Source: Terriglobia bacterium
GTDB lineage: Bacteria > Acidobacteriota > Polarisedimenticolia > Polarisedimenticolales > JAIQFR01
Reading direction: 5' to 3'
Assembly (NCBI GenBank): GCA_963748015.1
Contig: CAVVHE010000005.1
Span: 352,001-416,000, forward strand
Length of the DNA stretch: 64,000 nt
The position numbers and the translations under genes are program-made. Below are positions 1 to 10,200 of this stretch, in pieces. Numbering within the stretch: position 1 is the first letter of the stretch; each line of letters opens with the position of its first letter. The notes below the pieces were generated by a model that was given only the letters and a program-made list of their open reading frames with translations, was not told the DNA's origin and made no database searches.

Positions 1-620
1 TCGAGGTGCTCGGGCGAGACGGTGAGGTGGAGGCGGCAGGACCCGTCGGCCGACCGCACCGTCCCCGCCGCCTCGACGAGATGCTCCTCGAGCGCCGTGC
101 GGCTCCCTTCGGGATAGGCGTGGAACGGCAGGAGCCCCTTGGGCATCGAGGCGAACGCGAGCCCCTCGGCGCCGAGCAGCGCGGCGAGGACCTCGAGAAA
201 CGCGCCCCCCGCCACCAGCTCGTCGAGGTCCTGCCCCGATCGCGCGAGCGCATCCCGGAGCGCGTCGCGGAAGGGAAGCCGCGCCATCTCGCGGAGCAGG
301 TCGAGCGCCACGGCCGGATCGCCGCCGCGCTCGGCGTGGAGCAGCGCGAGCAGGTCCTGGAACATCCTCGTCGCGGCACCCGAAGCCGGGACGAACTTGG
401 TCAGTCTCCCGGCCCGCGCCGCGGCATCGTGCCGGGCGAGGAGGCCGGGGAGCTCCTGCGGCGCGATCGTCTCGATGCCGTCCCGGAGCACGCAAGGCCG
501 GTCGAGGCGGACGTAGGACGGCTCCCGGCGGAGGAGTGCGAGCTGCCTCTCGGCCTCGGCCGCCGGGATGCCCCGCTCGCGAAGCTGCGCGAGATCGCTC
601 TCGCCGAACGGCCCGCCCAT
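1..620 (-). CDS. DUF4301 family protein (5' part; runs off the left edge)
   Basis: Not in the ORF track. Manual minus-strand translation from ATG at 620 gives MGGPFGESDLAQLRERGIPAAEAERQL...RLDRPCVLRDGI...RLTKFVPASGAATRMFQDL; KFVPASGAAxRMF is the DUF4301 signature. GGAG RBS upstream. Confidence 0.85.
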   Translation of the reverse strand, partial: MGGPFGESDLAQLRERGIPAAEAERQLALLRREPSYVRLDRPCVLRDGIETIAPQELPGLLARHDAAARAGRLTKFVPASGAATRMFQDLLALLHAERGGDPAVALDLLREMARLPFRDALRDALARSGQDLDELVAGGAFLEVLAALLGAEGLAFASMPKGLLPFHAYPEGSRTALEEHLVEAAGTVRSADGSCRLHLTVSPEHL

Positions 621-637
621 CACCGCATCTCCCGATC

Positions 638-1555
638 CTATCGCTTCTTCTCCGCCAGATCGGCGCGCGCCAGGAAGTCGTCCAGGATCCGGTTGAACTC
701 CTCCGGATGGTCGAGCATCGGCCAGTGGCCAACGCCCCTCATGACCTGCCAGGGAAGCTCGGGAACGACACCGCGAAGGCTGTACGGCCCGCCGTTCGCC
801 TCGCTCGCCACGGAGAGCTTCGGACCGGGGTAGCTGCGGAGCGCGGTGACCGGACTGTACGAGAGGCCTCCCCGGAACGTCTCCACGACGACGTCGCGCC
901 GCGTGAGACGCATCACCCGCAGGACGTGGCCCTTCACCTCCGGGCTCGAGCCCGCCATCATCCCCGTGAAGTACTTCCTCATGAATCGCGGGTACGTCTC
1001 GGGACGCATCTGCCGCAGCATCGCCTCGGCCTCGCCCCTCGGCACCTTGGTGTTGTCCCCCGAGGGGTCCGCCAGGACGAGGCCGGCCACGCGGTCGGGC
1101 CGCGCCGCGGCGTAACCGCCGGCCACCGCCCCGCCGAGGCTGTGTCCCACCAGCACGAACCTCCGCAAGCCCAGGCCGTCGGCGACGGCGTGGAGATCGG
1201 CGACGTACGACGGGATCGTGTGGCCGCCGCCGGGCGCGTCCGCGGACTCGCCGTGGCCGTGGAGGTCCACCGCGATCGCCCGGCGCGTCTTGCGGAAGTG
1301 CTCGAGCTGGAGCCGCCAGAGCGTACGGTCCCCGGCGAGGCCGTGCACGAACACCACCGGCAGCGCGCTTCCCTGCCCGCCGTCGTCCACGCGCAGCCGG
1401 CCCGCGGGCCCGTCCACCCGCTCCACCGGCTTCGGCGGCGCGGGCGCCCGGCTCGCTCTCGATCCGTCCTTCTCGGGCACGGTCTTCACGTCCCCACCGC
1501 ATCCCGGCGCGAGCGCCAGGGCGGCCGCCAGCCCGGCCGCCGCGAGCCCGCGCAT
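638..1555 (-). CDS. Alpha/beta-fold hydrolase, probable lipoprotein
   Basis: Lipobox-like LALAPGC; motifs VFVHG, DLHGHGES, GHSLGG (nucleophile elbow) and C-terminal GHW. Confidence 0.9.
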   Translation of the reverse strand: MRGLAAAGLAAALALAPGCGGDVKTVPEKDGSRASRAPAPPKPVERVDGPAGRLRVDDGGQGSALPVVFVHGLAGDRTLWRLQLEHFRKTRRAIAVDLHGHGESADAPGGGHTIPSYVADLHAVADGLGLRRFVLVGHSLGGAVAGGYAAARPDRVAGLVLADPSGDNTKVPRGEAEAMLRQMRPETYPRFMRKYFTGMMAGSSPEVKGHVLRVMRLTRRDVVVETFRGGLSYSPVTALRSYPGPKLSVASEANGGPYSLRGVVPELPWQVMRGVGHWPMLDHPEEFNRILDDFLARADLAEKKR

Positions 1556-2820
1556 CAGTGCCTCGCGAAGAGCAGGAAGGCGGCGATCCCCGCCGCCATC
1601 ATGGCGACGAGCGGCGGCGCGACGACGAACAGCAGCTTCCGTCCTCCCGCCCAGCCCGCGAGCGAGAGCTTCACCACCATGTTCGCGAGGAAGCCCACCA
1701 GGATCGCGAGAACGGCGCCGCGCGCCGTGATCGCCCCGCCCGCGGCCAGCGTCGAGACCGCGAGCGTCACCGCGTGAACGTCCGCGGCGCCGCCGATCGT
1801 CGCGCTGGCGAGGACCCCCGCGGCCCCGAAGTACCGCGTCGCGGCGGAGGTCGCCACGAGCATGACGCCGATCACGGCGGCGAATCCCGCGGACGACTTG
1901 ATTGCCACGGGATTGTCGACCAGGAGCGCCGAGGGCGCCGCGCCGTGCGTTTGGGACCGGGCGAGATACCAGCGGGGCAGGAACGCCGCGATCGTGCCCA
2001 CCGCCACCGGCCAGCCGACCACGGGCAGCACCGCGGGAACCAAGTCCGGGTTCGCGACCGCGACCACGAGGACCTGCGCGGCCGCGGACGCGACGTTCGC
2101 GAGGACGATGCCGGTCGCGATGGGGAGCGAGAATCCCTCGGCCTCCCGGTTCTTCTGCGCGAGCGACAGCGTCGTCGCGGTGGACGACACGAATCCCCCG
2201 AACAGGCCCGACACCGCGAGCCCGCGCTCGGGGCCGAGAGACTTCACCGCGAAGTAGCCGCCGAAGCCGATCCCCGTGATCAGCGCGAAGATCAGCCAGA
2301 GGCGGAACGGGTTGAACAGGCCCCAGGGGTCCACCGCGCGATTCGGCAGGAGGGGCAGCACGACGAACGCGATCACGAGGAACGTGAGGGCCGCCGAGAC
2401 CTCCTTCCCGGAGAGCCCCGCCTGCGCGAAGTGATGGATGCGCGGCTTGAGCGCAAGCACGACCAGCGTGATGACCGCCAGCATGACGGTCAGCTCCGGC
2501 TGGAAGCGGGCGAGGTAGCCGAAGGTGAAGGTCACCATCGCGGCGACCTCGGTCGTGGCTCCCACGCCCGAGCCCTGCGGTCCGAGCGGCGAGCGCAGGT
2601 AGCCGGCCAGGATGATCGCTCCCGCGAAAGCGGCGAGGGCGATCGCGAACGGCTGGCTCTCGACGTAGGCCGCCACCGCCCCGAGCAGCGCCAGGAGCGT
2701 GAACGTCCTGGAGCCGAACGGGTCACGGATCTGCCGGTCCGCGTGCGCTCTCTCCCGCTCGATCCCGATCAGGAGACCGATCGCGATCGCGAGGAGAAAC
2801 GGCCGCGCCGTCTCGAACAT
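1555..2820 (-). CDS. MgtC/SapB family membrane protein with DUF4010 domain
   Basis: GLLIGIERE, GSRTF, GATTE, LPLLPN and GGFVSSTATT motifs; many TM helices; stop overlaps next ATG. Confidence 0.9.
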   Translation of the reverse strand: MFETARPFLLAIAIGLLIGIERERAHADRQIRDPFGSRTFTLLALLGAVAAYVESQPFAIALAAFAGAIILAGYLRSPLGPQGSGVGATTEVAAMVTFTFGYLARFQPELTVMLAVITLVVLALKPRIHHFAQAGLSGKEVSAALTFLVIAFVVLPLLPNRAVDPWGLFNPFRLWLIFALITGIGFGGYFAVKSLGPERGLAVSGLFGGFVSSTATTLSLAQKNREAEGFSLPIATGIVLANVASAAAQVLVVAVANPDLVPAVLPVVGWPVAVGTIAAFLPRWYLARSQTHGAAPSALLVDNPVAIKSSAGFAAVIGVMLVATSAATRYFGAAGVLASATIGGAADVHAVTLAVSTLAAGGAITARGAVLAILVGFLANMVVKLSLAGWAGGRKLLFVVAPPLVAMMAAGIAAFLLFARH

Positions 2821-2880
2821 CCGTTCGGCCCTCCGCCTGGCTCAATTTCGTCTCGAAAGGGGCGGTAGGTCAAGGGGATA

Positions 2881-2910
2881 TTGGCATAGGGCCCCCGACA
2901 GGCGTATGCT
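2881..2910 (+). promoter_or_regulatory. Putative sigma70 promoter for the RHH gene (leaderless transcript likely)
   Basis: TTGGCA-N18-TATGCT; -10 ends 6 nt before ATG 2917; no SD sequence. Confidence 0.5.
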
Positions 2911-2916
2911 GGGGCC

Positions 2917-3135
2917 ATGGACACGCACCTCAGAAGAGCGAGGATCTGCCTGAGCTCCGAAGTCCACAGGGCCCTGCGACTGAAGGCGGCCGCGACCGAC
3001 CGCACGATATCCGAGCTCGTGGCCGACGCGGTCCGCGGTAGCTTGAAGGAAGACGCCGTCGTCTTCACCGCCGGCGGGCCGCGCGGGAGTCACCGGCAGG
3101 CCACGAAGGACCGGAAGCGCGAGGGGCACGCGTAG
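2917..3135 (+). CDS. CopG/ribbon-helix-helix DNA-binding protein (antitoxin-like)
   Basis: RARICLSSEVHRALRLKAAATDRTISELVADAVR fits the RHH strand-helix-helix pattern. Confidence 0.7.
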   Translation: MDTHLRRARICLSSEVHRALRLKAAATDRTISELVADAVRGSLKEDAVVFTAGGPRGSHRQATKDRKREGHA

Positions 3136-3173
3136 GGCCTCGAGCGGCGGATCCGGGGGTACGAGGGAAGCCG

Positions 3174-3956
3174 GTGGCGACGCTCCCGAGCGTGTTCGTT
3201 TCTCACGGAGCACCTACACTCCTTCTGGACGACACCCCGACGAGAACGTTCATCGAGGGACTCGGTGCGACGGTCGGGCGCCCGCGCGGGATCGTCTGCG
3301 TCTCGGCGCACTGGGAAGCTTCGCGTCCCACGGTCTCGGCATCGCCCGCCCCCGGGACGATCCACGACTTCTTCGGTTTCCCGCCGGTCCTCTACACGAA
3401 GCGCTACCCCGCGGCCGGCGATCCCGCGCTCGCGCGGCGCGTCGCGTCGCTGCTCGGGGCCGCCGGGCTCGACGCCGCGGAGGACCCGTCTCGCGGTCTC
3501 GACCACGGCGCGTGGGTGCCGCTGATGCTGATGTACCCCGGCGCCGGCGTGCCCGTGGTCCAGCTCTCGGTCCAGCCGGCCCTGGGCGCCGGGCACCACC
3601 TCGGGCTGGGCGAGGCGCTCGCCCCGCTGAGAAAGGACGGCGTGCTCGTCCTCGGGAGCGGAGGCGCCACCCACAACCTCCGCGACTTCGGCCGCCACGC
3701 GATCGACGCGCCGCCCGTGGAATACGCGCGCGAGTTCGACGACTGGCTCGGCGACGCGGTCGCGCGGGGCGACGAGGCCGCGCTCGCCGGTTACGCGGAC
3801 GGCGCACCGCACGGCCGCCGGAATCACCCGACCCCGGAGCACTTCCTGCCTCTCCTCGTTTCCGCCGGGGCCGCGGGACGCGGCGCTCCCGGCCGCCGGA
3901 TCCACGCGGCGTTCGAGTACGGCGTGCTCTCCATGGCCGCGTTCGCCTGGGAATGA
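3174..3956 (+). CDS. Class III extradiol ring-cleavage dioxygenase (DODA/YgiD-like)
   Basis: FVSHGAP, SAHWE, IHDFFGFP, RGLDHGAWVPL, GSGGATHNL and HPTPEHFLPL motifs. Confidence 0.95.
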   Translation: MATLPSVFVSHGAPTLLLDDTPTRTFIEGLGATVGRPRGIVCVSAHWEASRPTVSASPAPGTIHDFFGFPPVLYTKRYPAAGDPALARRVASLLGAAGLDAAEDPSRGLDHGAWVPLMLMYPGAGVPVVQLSVQPALGAGHHLGLGEALAPLRKDGVLVLGSGGATHNLRDFGRHAIDAPPVEYAREFDDWLGDAVARGDEAALAGYADGAPHGRRNHPTPEHFLPLLVSAGAAGRGAPGRRIHAAFEYGVLSMAAFAWE

Positions 3957-4020
3957 ACGAAGGCCACGCGTCGGACGCTCGGCGTACTAGAATCCCGAAC
4001 ATGTGCCGGAAACCCGGGCG

Positions 4021-7000
4021 ATGAAGGTCCTCGCTCACCCCGATCCGTTCGTCCTCGAGGCGGCGCTGCTCGACCGCGTCGAGGAGGCGAAGCGGAGCGA
4101 GCCGCTGGCGCGCGTCCTGGTCGTCGTGCCGACGGCTCGTCTCGCGGCGCACGCGACGCGGAAGATCGCCGAGCGGACGGGCGCGTGCTTGGGCGTCGCG
4201 GTGCTCCACCACCGCGCGCTCGCGTACTCGATCCTCGAGGGGAGCGGAAGGCCCGCGCCCCGCGTGGCGTCGAGGCCTCTGCTGCTCGCGCTCCTGCAGC
4301 AGGTGCTCGCGGGCCTGCCCGACAACGAGCTCGCCCGGTTCGTGCGCGAAAGGCCGGGGGCCGCCGGCTCGCTCCTCGGCACGCTTCGCGACCTGCGCGA
4401 CGCCGGGATCTCGCCACGCGACCTCGCCCGCGCGGCGCAGGGGAAGCGAGAGAAGGCGCTCGCCCAGGTGTACGACGGGTACACCGCGGCTCTCGCCGCG
4501 CGGCGCGACGCCGGCCTCGCGGACGACGCGGAGATCGTCCGCGGCGCGGCCGCCGTCGCGCAGGAGTTCGCGCGCCCCTACCGTCTCCTCCTGCATCACG
4601 GAGCGTACGAGCTGATCGGGGTCCACCTCGACCTCGTCCGGGCCCTCGACCGCGGGCGCGAGGTCGTCTTCCTCACCCCGGTCGAGCCGGGCGCGGCGGT
4701 CTCCTCGTACGCGCAGCGCTTCGCGGAGCGCCATCTCATCGCTCCCGGCGAGACGATCGAGAGGCTCGCCGACCGCCGGGGCGGGCTCCTCGGGGAGCGC
4801 CTCGCGCTGCTCTACGACGAGGCGAGCGAGCCCGGCCCTCTCCGGGGCGATGCCGTGCGCTTCCGCCACGCGCAGGGCGCGGTCGCGGAGGTCGAGACCG
4901 CGGTGCGGCACGCGCTCGCGGCCGCCAAGGGCGGCGCCGCCCCTTCCTCGGTCGCAATCGTCGCGCGCAGCCTCGAGCCCTACGCGGCGGCGATCGAGGA
5001 GGCCATGGACGGCGCGGCGCTCCCCCACACCTCGTCCCACTCGGTGCCGCTGCGGCGCGAGCCGGTCGTCCGCGACCTGCTGGTGCTCCTTCGCTCCGTG
5101 GCGGACGGCTTCCCGCGCGCCCGCACCGCGGAGATCCTCGCGTCGCCGCGCGTGCGGTGGGAGGCGCTCGGCCTCGACGTCCCCCCGGAAGGGGACGTCG
5201 CGGAGGCCTGGAGCCGGAACGCCGGGATCGTGGGAGGGGTGGAGGAGTGGAGGTTCGGGCTGGCGGACTGGGCGGGCCGGCCGAGAGCCCACGAGGACGC
5301 TACCGACGAGGAGCGGGCCGAGGAGGAGGGGCGAGCGAGCGAGCGCTCCCGCCGCGCGCGCCGGATCGGCGACGCCGTCGCCGCGCTCGACGTCCGTTGC
5401 CGTCCGGAGCTTCCCCGGTCCTGGACCCGGCACGCGGACGACGTCGAGTCGCTCGCCCGCGACGGTCTCCGCCCCGCGAAGGAGGGCCGCTCGAAGGGCC
5501 CCCTCGACGCGCTGCTCGGCCTCCTGGCCGACATGCGCGCGCTCGAGACCGTGCTCGGCGACCGACGGTCCGTGCCTTTCGCCGAGATGGTCGCCTGGCT
5601 CGAGACCGCGGCCGACGACGCGTCGCTCCAGCCGCGCCGGAGCGACGACGGGGGCTTCCGGGTCCTCGACGCGATGCAGGCCCGAGGCCTCACCTTCGAA
5701 CGCGTCCTCCTCCTCGGCATGAACTCCGGGGTCTTCCCGCGGGTCGCACGCGAGGACCCTTTCCTGCCGGACGACACGCGCGCCCGCCTTCGCGACGCGA
5801 CCTCCCGGCCGGTCCCCGTCAAGCGCGAGGGCCAGGAGGAGGAGCGGCTGCTGCTCTCGCTCGTCCTCGGCGCGGCGCGCGTCGCGCTCGACGTCTCGTG
5901 GCAGCGGACCGACGAGGGGGGGCGCGCGCGCACCGCGTCGATCGCCCTTCGCGAGGCGCGGCGCGTGGCGCTCGGCAAGGCCGGCCTCGAGGTGGAAGAG
6001 AAGAACGGGGAAAAGCGGGATGCCGCCACCCCGGTGCCCGCCCACCCGATGCTCCGCATCGAGGCCGCCGCGAGCGATCCCGGCCTGATCTCGCCCGCGG
6101 AGGAGACGCTGCTCGTCGCGCTGCGGGGCCACGTCTCGGAAGAGGCCGCGCGCGCCCTCGACGCCAGCGCGGGAGGCCGTCTCGCCCGCGGGCTCCGGAT
6201 GCTGCTGTCGACCGAGTCGTTCGACCCGGCGGAGACCTCTTTCGACGCCCGCGTCGGCGGCGCTCGCGTCCCGCTGGAACGGATGACGGTGACCGCCTTC
6301 GAGCGGCTCGGCCGCTGCCCGCTCCAGTTCTTCTTCCGGCACGTCCTGAAGGTCTACGAGCTGGAGGAGCCGGCCTCGGCGTTCGAGCTCGCGGCGTGGG
6401 ACGTCGGCGAGCGCACGCACGGACTGCTCGAGACGCTCTACGAGCGGCTCCGGGACGAAGGCCTGTTCGCGTCCGACCGCTCGCCGGACCTCGCGCGCCG
6501 CGCGAGCGAGCTGCTCCCCGAGGAATGGGAGCGGGCGCTCGGGCCGTCCGCCGCCCGGCTCGAGGAGCAACTTCCGGTTCTCTGGTCGGTCGAGAGGGCC
6601 CGGTGGGTCGAGGCGCTGCGAGCGTTCGTCCGCGAAGACCTCGGACGACTCGCGGGGGGCGGTTACGCGCCGCGCGACCTCGAGAAGACGCTCCGCAAGA
6701 CCCTCTCCTTCGGCAAGGGCTCGGAGGCGGTGGAGATCGAAGGACGTCTCGACCGGACCTGCGAGGGAGCGGAGGGCGTCCTGGTGGGCGACTACAAGAC
6801 CGCGGGCAGCCTCGAGGACCGCCTCGACGAGACGCGGATGCTCCGCGGCCAGCACCTCCAGGTCCCGCTCTATTTCCTCATAGCGGACGGGGCCTCGGTG
6901 GAGCTCCTCGGGGTCGGCCCCGAGTACGCGCCGCAATCGGGGGCGCGAGCGGGCGAGCGCCACGTCGTGTTCGACGGGTTCTCGAGCGACAGGATCCACG

Positions 7001-7257
7001 CGGGCTTCGAGGAGACGGCCCGGACGCTCGTCCGCATGGCCCGCTCGGGCGCCTTCCCGCTCCGGAAGGACGAGCACTGCCGGTGGTGCCCCTACGGGAG
7101 CGCGTGCCGGCGCAACGACCCGCCGACGAAGCACCGCGAGGATCACGCGACGGACACGAGCGCCTACCGGAAGCTCGTGCGGAAGAACAAGAGGGACCGG
7201 GTGATGCTCGCCGACTTTCCCGCCGAGGACGGCGACGCCGAGGGGGCCGGGGCATGA
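4021..7257 (+). CDS. addB: AddB/RexB-like subunit: inactive helicase-like region plus PD-(D/E)xK nuclease with Fe-S cysteines
   Basis: VVVPT, ARGLTFERV, CPLQFF, GRLDR, GDYKT, LQVPLY and CRWCPYGSAC (4-Cys staple); ATGA overlap with the downstream helicase. Confidence 0.8.
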   Translation: MKVLAHPDPFVLEAALLDRVEEAKRSEPLARVLVVVPTARLAAHATRKIAERTGACLGVAVLHHRALAYSILEGSGRPAPRVASRPLLLALLQQVLAGLPDNELARFVRERPGAAGSLLGTLRDLRDAGISPRDLARAAQGKREKALAQVYDGYTAALAARRDAGLADDAEIVRGAAAVAQEFARPYRLLLHHGAYELIGVHLDLVRALDRGREVVFLTPVEPGAAVSSYAQRFAERHLIAPGETIERLADRRGGLLGERLALLYDEASEPGPLRGDAVRFRHAQGAVAEVETAVRHALAAAKGGAAPSSVAIVARSLEPYAAAIEEAMDGAALPHTSSHSVPLRREPVVRDLLVLLRSVADGFPRARTAEILASPRVRWEALGLDVPPEGDVAEAWSRNAGIVGGVEEWRFGLADWAGRPRAHEDATDEERAEEEGRASERSRRARRIGDAVAALDVRCRPELPRSWTRHADDVESLARDGLRPAKEGRSKGPLDALLGLLADMRALETVLGDRRSVPFAEMVAWLETAADDASLQPRRSDDGGFRVLDAMQARGLTFERVLLLGMNSGVFPRVAREDPFLPDDTRARLRDATSRPVPVKREGQEEERLLLSLVLGAARVALDVSWQRTDEGGRARTASIALREARRVALGKAGLEVEEKNGEKRDAATPVPAHPMLRIEAAASDPGLISPAEETLLVALRGHVSEEAARALDASAGGRLARGLRMLLSTESFDPAETSFDARVGGARVPLERMTVTAFERLGRCPLQFFFRHVLKVYELEEPASAFELAAWDVGERTHGLLETLYERLRDEGLFASDRSPDLARRASELLPEEWERALGPSAARLEEQLPVLWSVERARWVEALRAFVREDLGRLAGGGYAPRDLEKTLRKTLSFGKGSEAVEIEGRLDRTCEGAEGVLVGDYKTAGSLEDRLDETRMLRGQHLQVPLYFLIADGASVELLGVGPEYAPQSGARAGERHVVFDGFSSDRIHAGFEETARTLVRMARSGAFPLRKDEHCRWCPYGSACRRNDPPTKHREDHATDTSAYRKLVRKNKRDRVMLADFPAEDGDAEGAGA

Positions 7258-10200
7258 CGCCGCGAGCGCTGCCCGACGCCGCCGCGCGCCTCGAGGCGAC
7301 CACGCGCTTCGACGCGAACGTCGTCGTCGAGGCGGGGGCCGGCACGGGGAAGACGTCCATCCTGGTCGAGAGGCTGCTCGTGGCGGTCGGCGCGGGCCTC
7401 GTGCGCGTGGGAGAGTTCGCCGCCATCACTTTCACCGAGAAGGCCGCCGGGGAAATGCGCGACCGGCTCGCCGAAGGGCTCGAGCGCCTCCGCCTCGGCG
7501 CGGGCGGCCGGGTCGAGCCGGACCTCGCGGAGGCGTGGGGGCGGGCGCTGGACCATCTCCTGCGCGAGCGCGGAGTCGAGGCGACCGAGGTCGCGGCCCG
7601 CGCGCTCGCCGCCCTCGCGGACCTGGACCGCGCCACGGTGGCGACCATCCATCGCTTCTGCGCGGATCTCCTTCGCGCCTATCCGTTCGACGCCGGCGTG
7701 GACCCGGGGTTCGACGTGGACCAGGGCCCGATCTTCCAGGAGTTGCTCGACGAGGAATGGGAGCGGTTCCTCGCGGAGGAGCTCGGCCCGCGCGCGGGGC
7801 GCGCGGAGCTCTGGCGCGGACTGCTGGAGCGACTCCCGCTCGGCACGATCCGGAAGCTGGCCTTCGGCCTCTCCGCGTTCTCGGTCCCCGAGTCCCTTCT
7901 CCGCCCGGACGCGCGCGGCGACGACGCCCCGTCGCCGTTCCGGGAGGAGGCGGCCGCGCTCGCGGCGTCCGTCCTCTCCGTTCTCGACCGGCAGAAGGGC
8001 ATGACCCCGAGCGGTCTCGAGAAGTTGCGTCTCTACCACCGCGCGCTCGACACGCTCGCCCGCGAGGGCCCGGCGGCGTTCCTGGATCTCGCGGGCCGCG
8101 CCGAGAACGTAGCGACCATCGAGAAAGGCATTCCCACGGCGTCGAAGCCGGTGGGCGGCGTGACTCCGGAGGAGCTGAAATCCGTCGCGGGCGCCGCCCT
8201 CTCCCTCGTTCGCGAGCTCGCCAAGGTGGACGATGGGGTCTTTCGCCTGCTCGTCGAGGCGGCCGCGCCCTTCGCGCGGCGTGCCCGGGCCCGCCTGCTC
8301 GAGCGCGGCGCGGTGAACTTCGACGGGTTGCTCTCCCTCGCGCGCGACCTCCTGCGAGAGCACCCCGACGTGCGCGACGACGTGCGGCGCAGGTACCGGA
8401 TGCTGCTGGTGGACGAGTTCCAGGACACCGACCCGCTGCAGTACGAGATCGTGCTGTACCTCGCCGGGCGATCCGGCGAGCGCGGGATCGATCCCTTCGA
8501 CCTCGCGCTCGAGCCCGGCCGCCTGTTCATCGTCGGCGACCCGAAGCAGTCCATCTACAGGTTCCGCGGCGCGGACTACGCCGCCTTCCTGCGCGCCGTC
8601 GATCGCGTTCTCGAGCAGGGAGGGAGCAAGCTCGATCTCGTCGCCAACTTCCGGAGCGTCGACGCGGTGATCGAGCCCGTGAACGGCCTCTTCAGGGCGC
8701 AGTGGACCGAGCGGCGGCCCTACCAGCCGCCGTACGTCGCGATCGCCTCCGCGCGGGAGGACCAAGCCGCCGACCCGCGGGTCGAGATCCGCACCGTCCG
8801 GGCCGTCGGGGCGGAAGCGAGGCGGGAGGCCGAGGGGAAGGAGATCGCCCGCTGCGTCGCCGAGATCCTCCGCGAGGGGAAGCGAAAGGCCGGGGACGTG
8901 ATGCTCCTGCTGCGGGCCTTCACGCACCTCCCCTTCTACCTCAGGCCGCTCCGCGAGGCGGGAATCCCGTTCATCGTGGACGGCGGGAGGCAGTTCCTCG
9001 AGCGGACGGAGGTCACCCATCTGATGGCGGCGCTCCGCGCGCTGGCGCGCCCCTCCGACCCGGCCGCGCTGCTGGCGTTCCTGCGCTCGCCCGCGGGCGG
9101 CGTTCCGGATCACGAGCTAGCGGTCTACGCGGCGGGCGGGGGGTCCTGGCGCTACTCGACGGAGCCCGATCCCGCCGCGTACCCGGGGATCTCCCGCGCG
9201 TTCGGGCTGCTGCGCGAGCTCGCGAGAGAGACCGAGGATCTCCCGGCCGACGTGCTGGTCCGCGAGGTGCTGGCGAGGAGCGGCCTCCTACCCCTCGCCG
9301 GGTTCGCGTACGAGGGAGCGCAGCGAGTCGCCAACCTCCGCAAGCTCGCCGCCGCCGCGGCCGATCTCGCCCGGGACGGCACCCTGTCGCTCAACGAGGT
9401 CCTCGACGCCCTCGAGAGCGAGCGGGCCGGAGCGGTGGAGGGCGACTCGCCTCTCGCCGGGGAAGGACACGAGGCCGTCCGCGTGCTCACCGTTCACAAG
9501 GCCAAGGGACTCGAGAGCCGGATCGTGCTGGTCGCCGACCTCGCGCGCGAGGGGAGGCGCGGGGGACTTTCCCCCGACGAGGAGGTGGGCATCGCCGCGC
9601 TGCCGGGCGGCGGAGCCGCGCTCGCGCTGAAGGGAGCGAAGCTCCGTAACTCCGCCCGCGTCTGGCTCGAGCGCGAGGAGAAGCGGCACGAGGAGGCGGA
9701 GGACCTGCGTACGTTCTACGTCGCATTGACCCGCGCGAGGGAGCGGCTGATCCTGTTCGCGGCGAAGCCGAAGGCGGGGGCGCCCTGGATCGAGGCCCTC
9801 GCGCCGTGGGGCTACGCGCCGGACGCTCCCCCGGGGGACGGCGAGCGGATCGCCGACCGGATGGTCCTGCACGTCGCCGCTCGGGACGCCGCGCCGGTGA
9901 AGCGGGGTACGGACCTGCCGGAGGGGGAGCCGGAGGCCGTGGCCGCGTGGGAATCGGCCGTCCGGGCCGTCAAGGACACCGCGCGCGCCCCCTTCCGGCG
10001 TCCCTCCGGAATCCGGGAGGACAAGGCGGCGCGGCACGACGACGCCGAAGGCGACGCCGCGGCGGCGGCGCCGGCGCGCGACGTCGCGCTGGCGGCCGGG
10101 ACCGCGGTCCACGCGGCGCTCGAGCAGTGGGACCCGCGCTCGGGAGCTCCGCTTGCCGCCGGGCTGCCGGAACTGGCGGCGCGTGCCGCCGCCGAGCACG

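Noticed and set aside
4185..7253. 2130-aa giant helicase ORF
   Set aside because: The first ~1020 codons are an Arg/Pro-rich off-frame shadow of addB; the real gene starts at ATG 7254.
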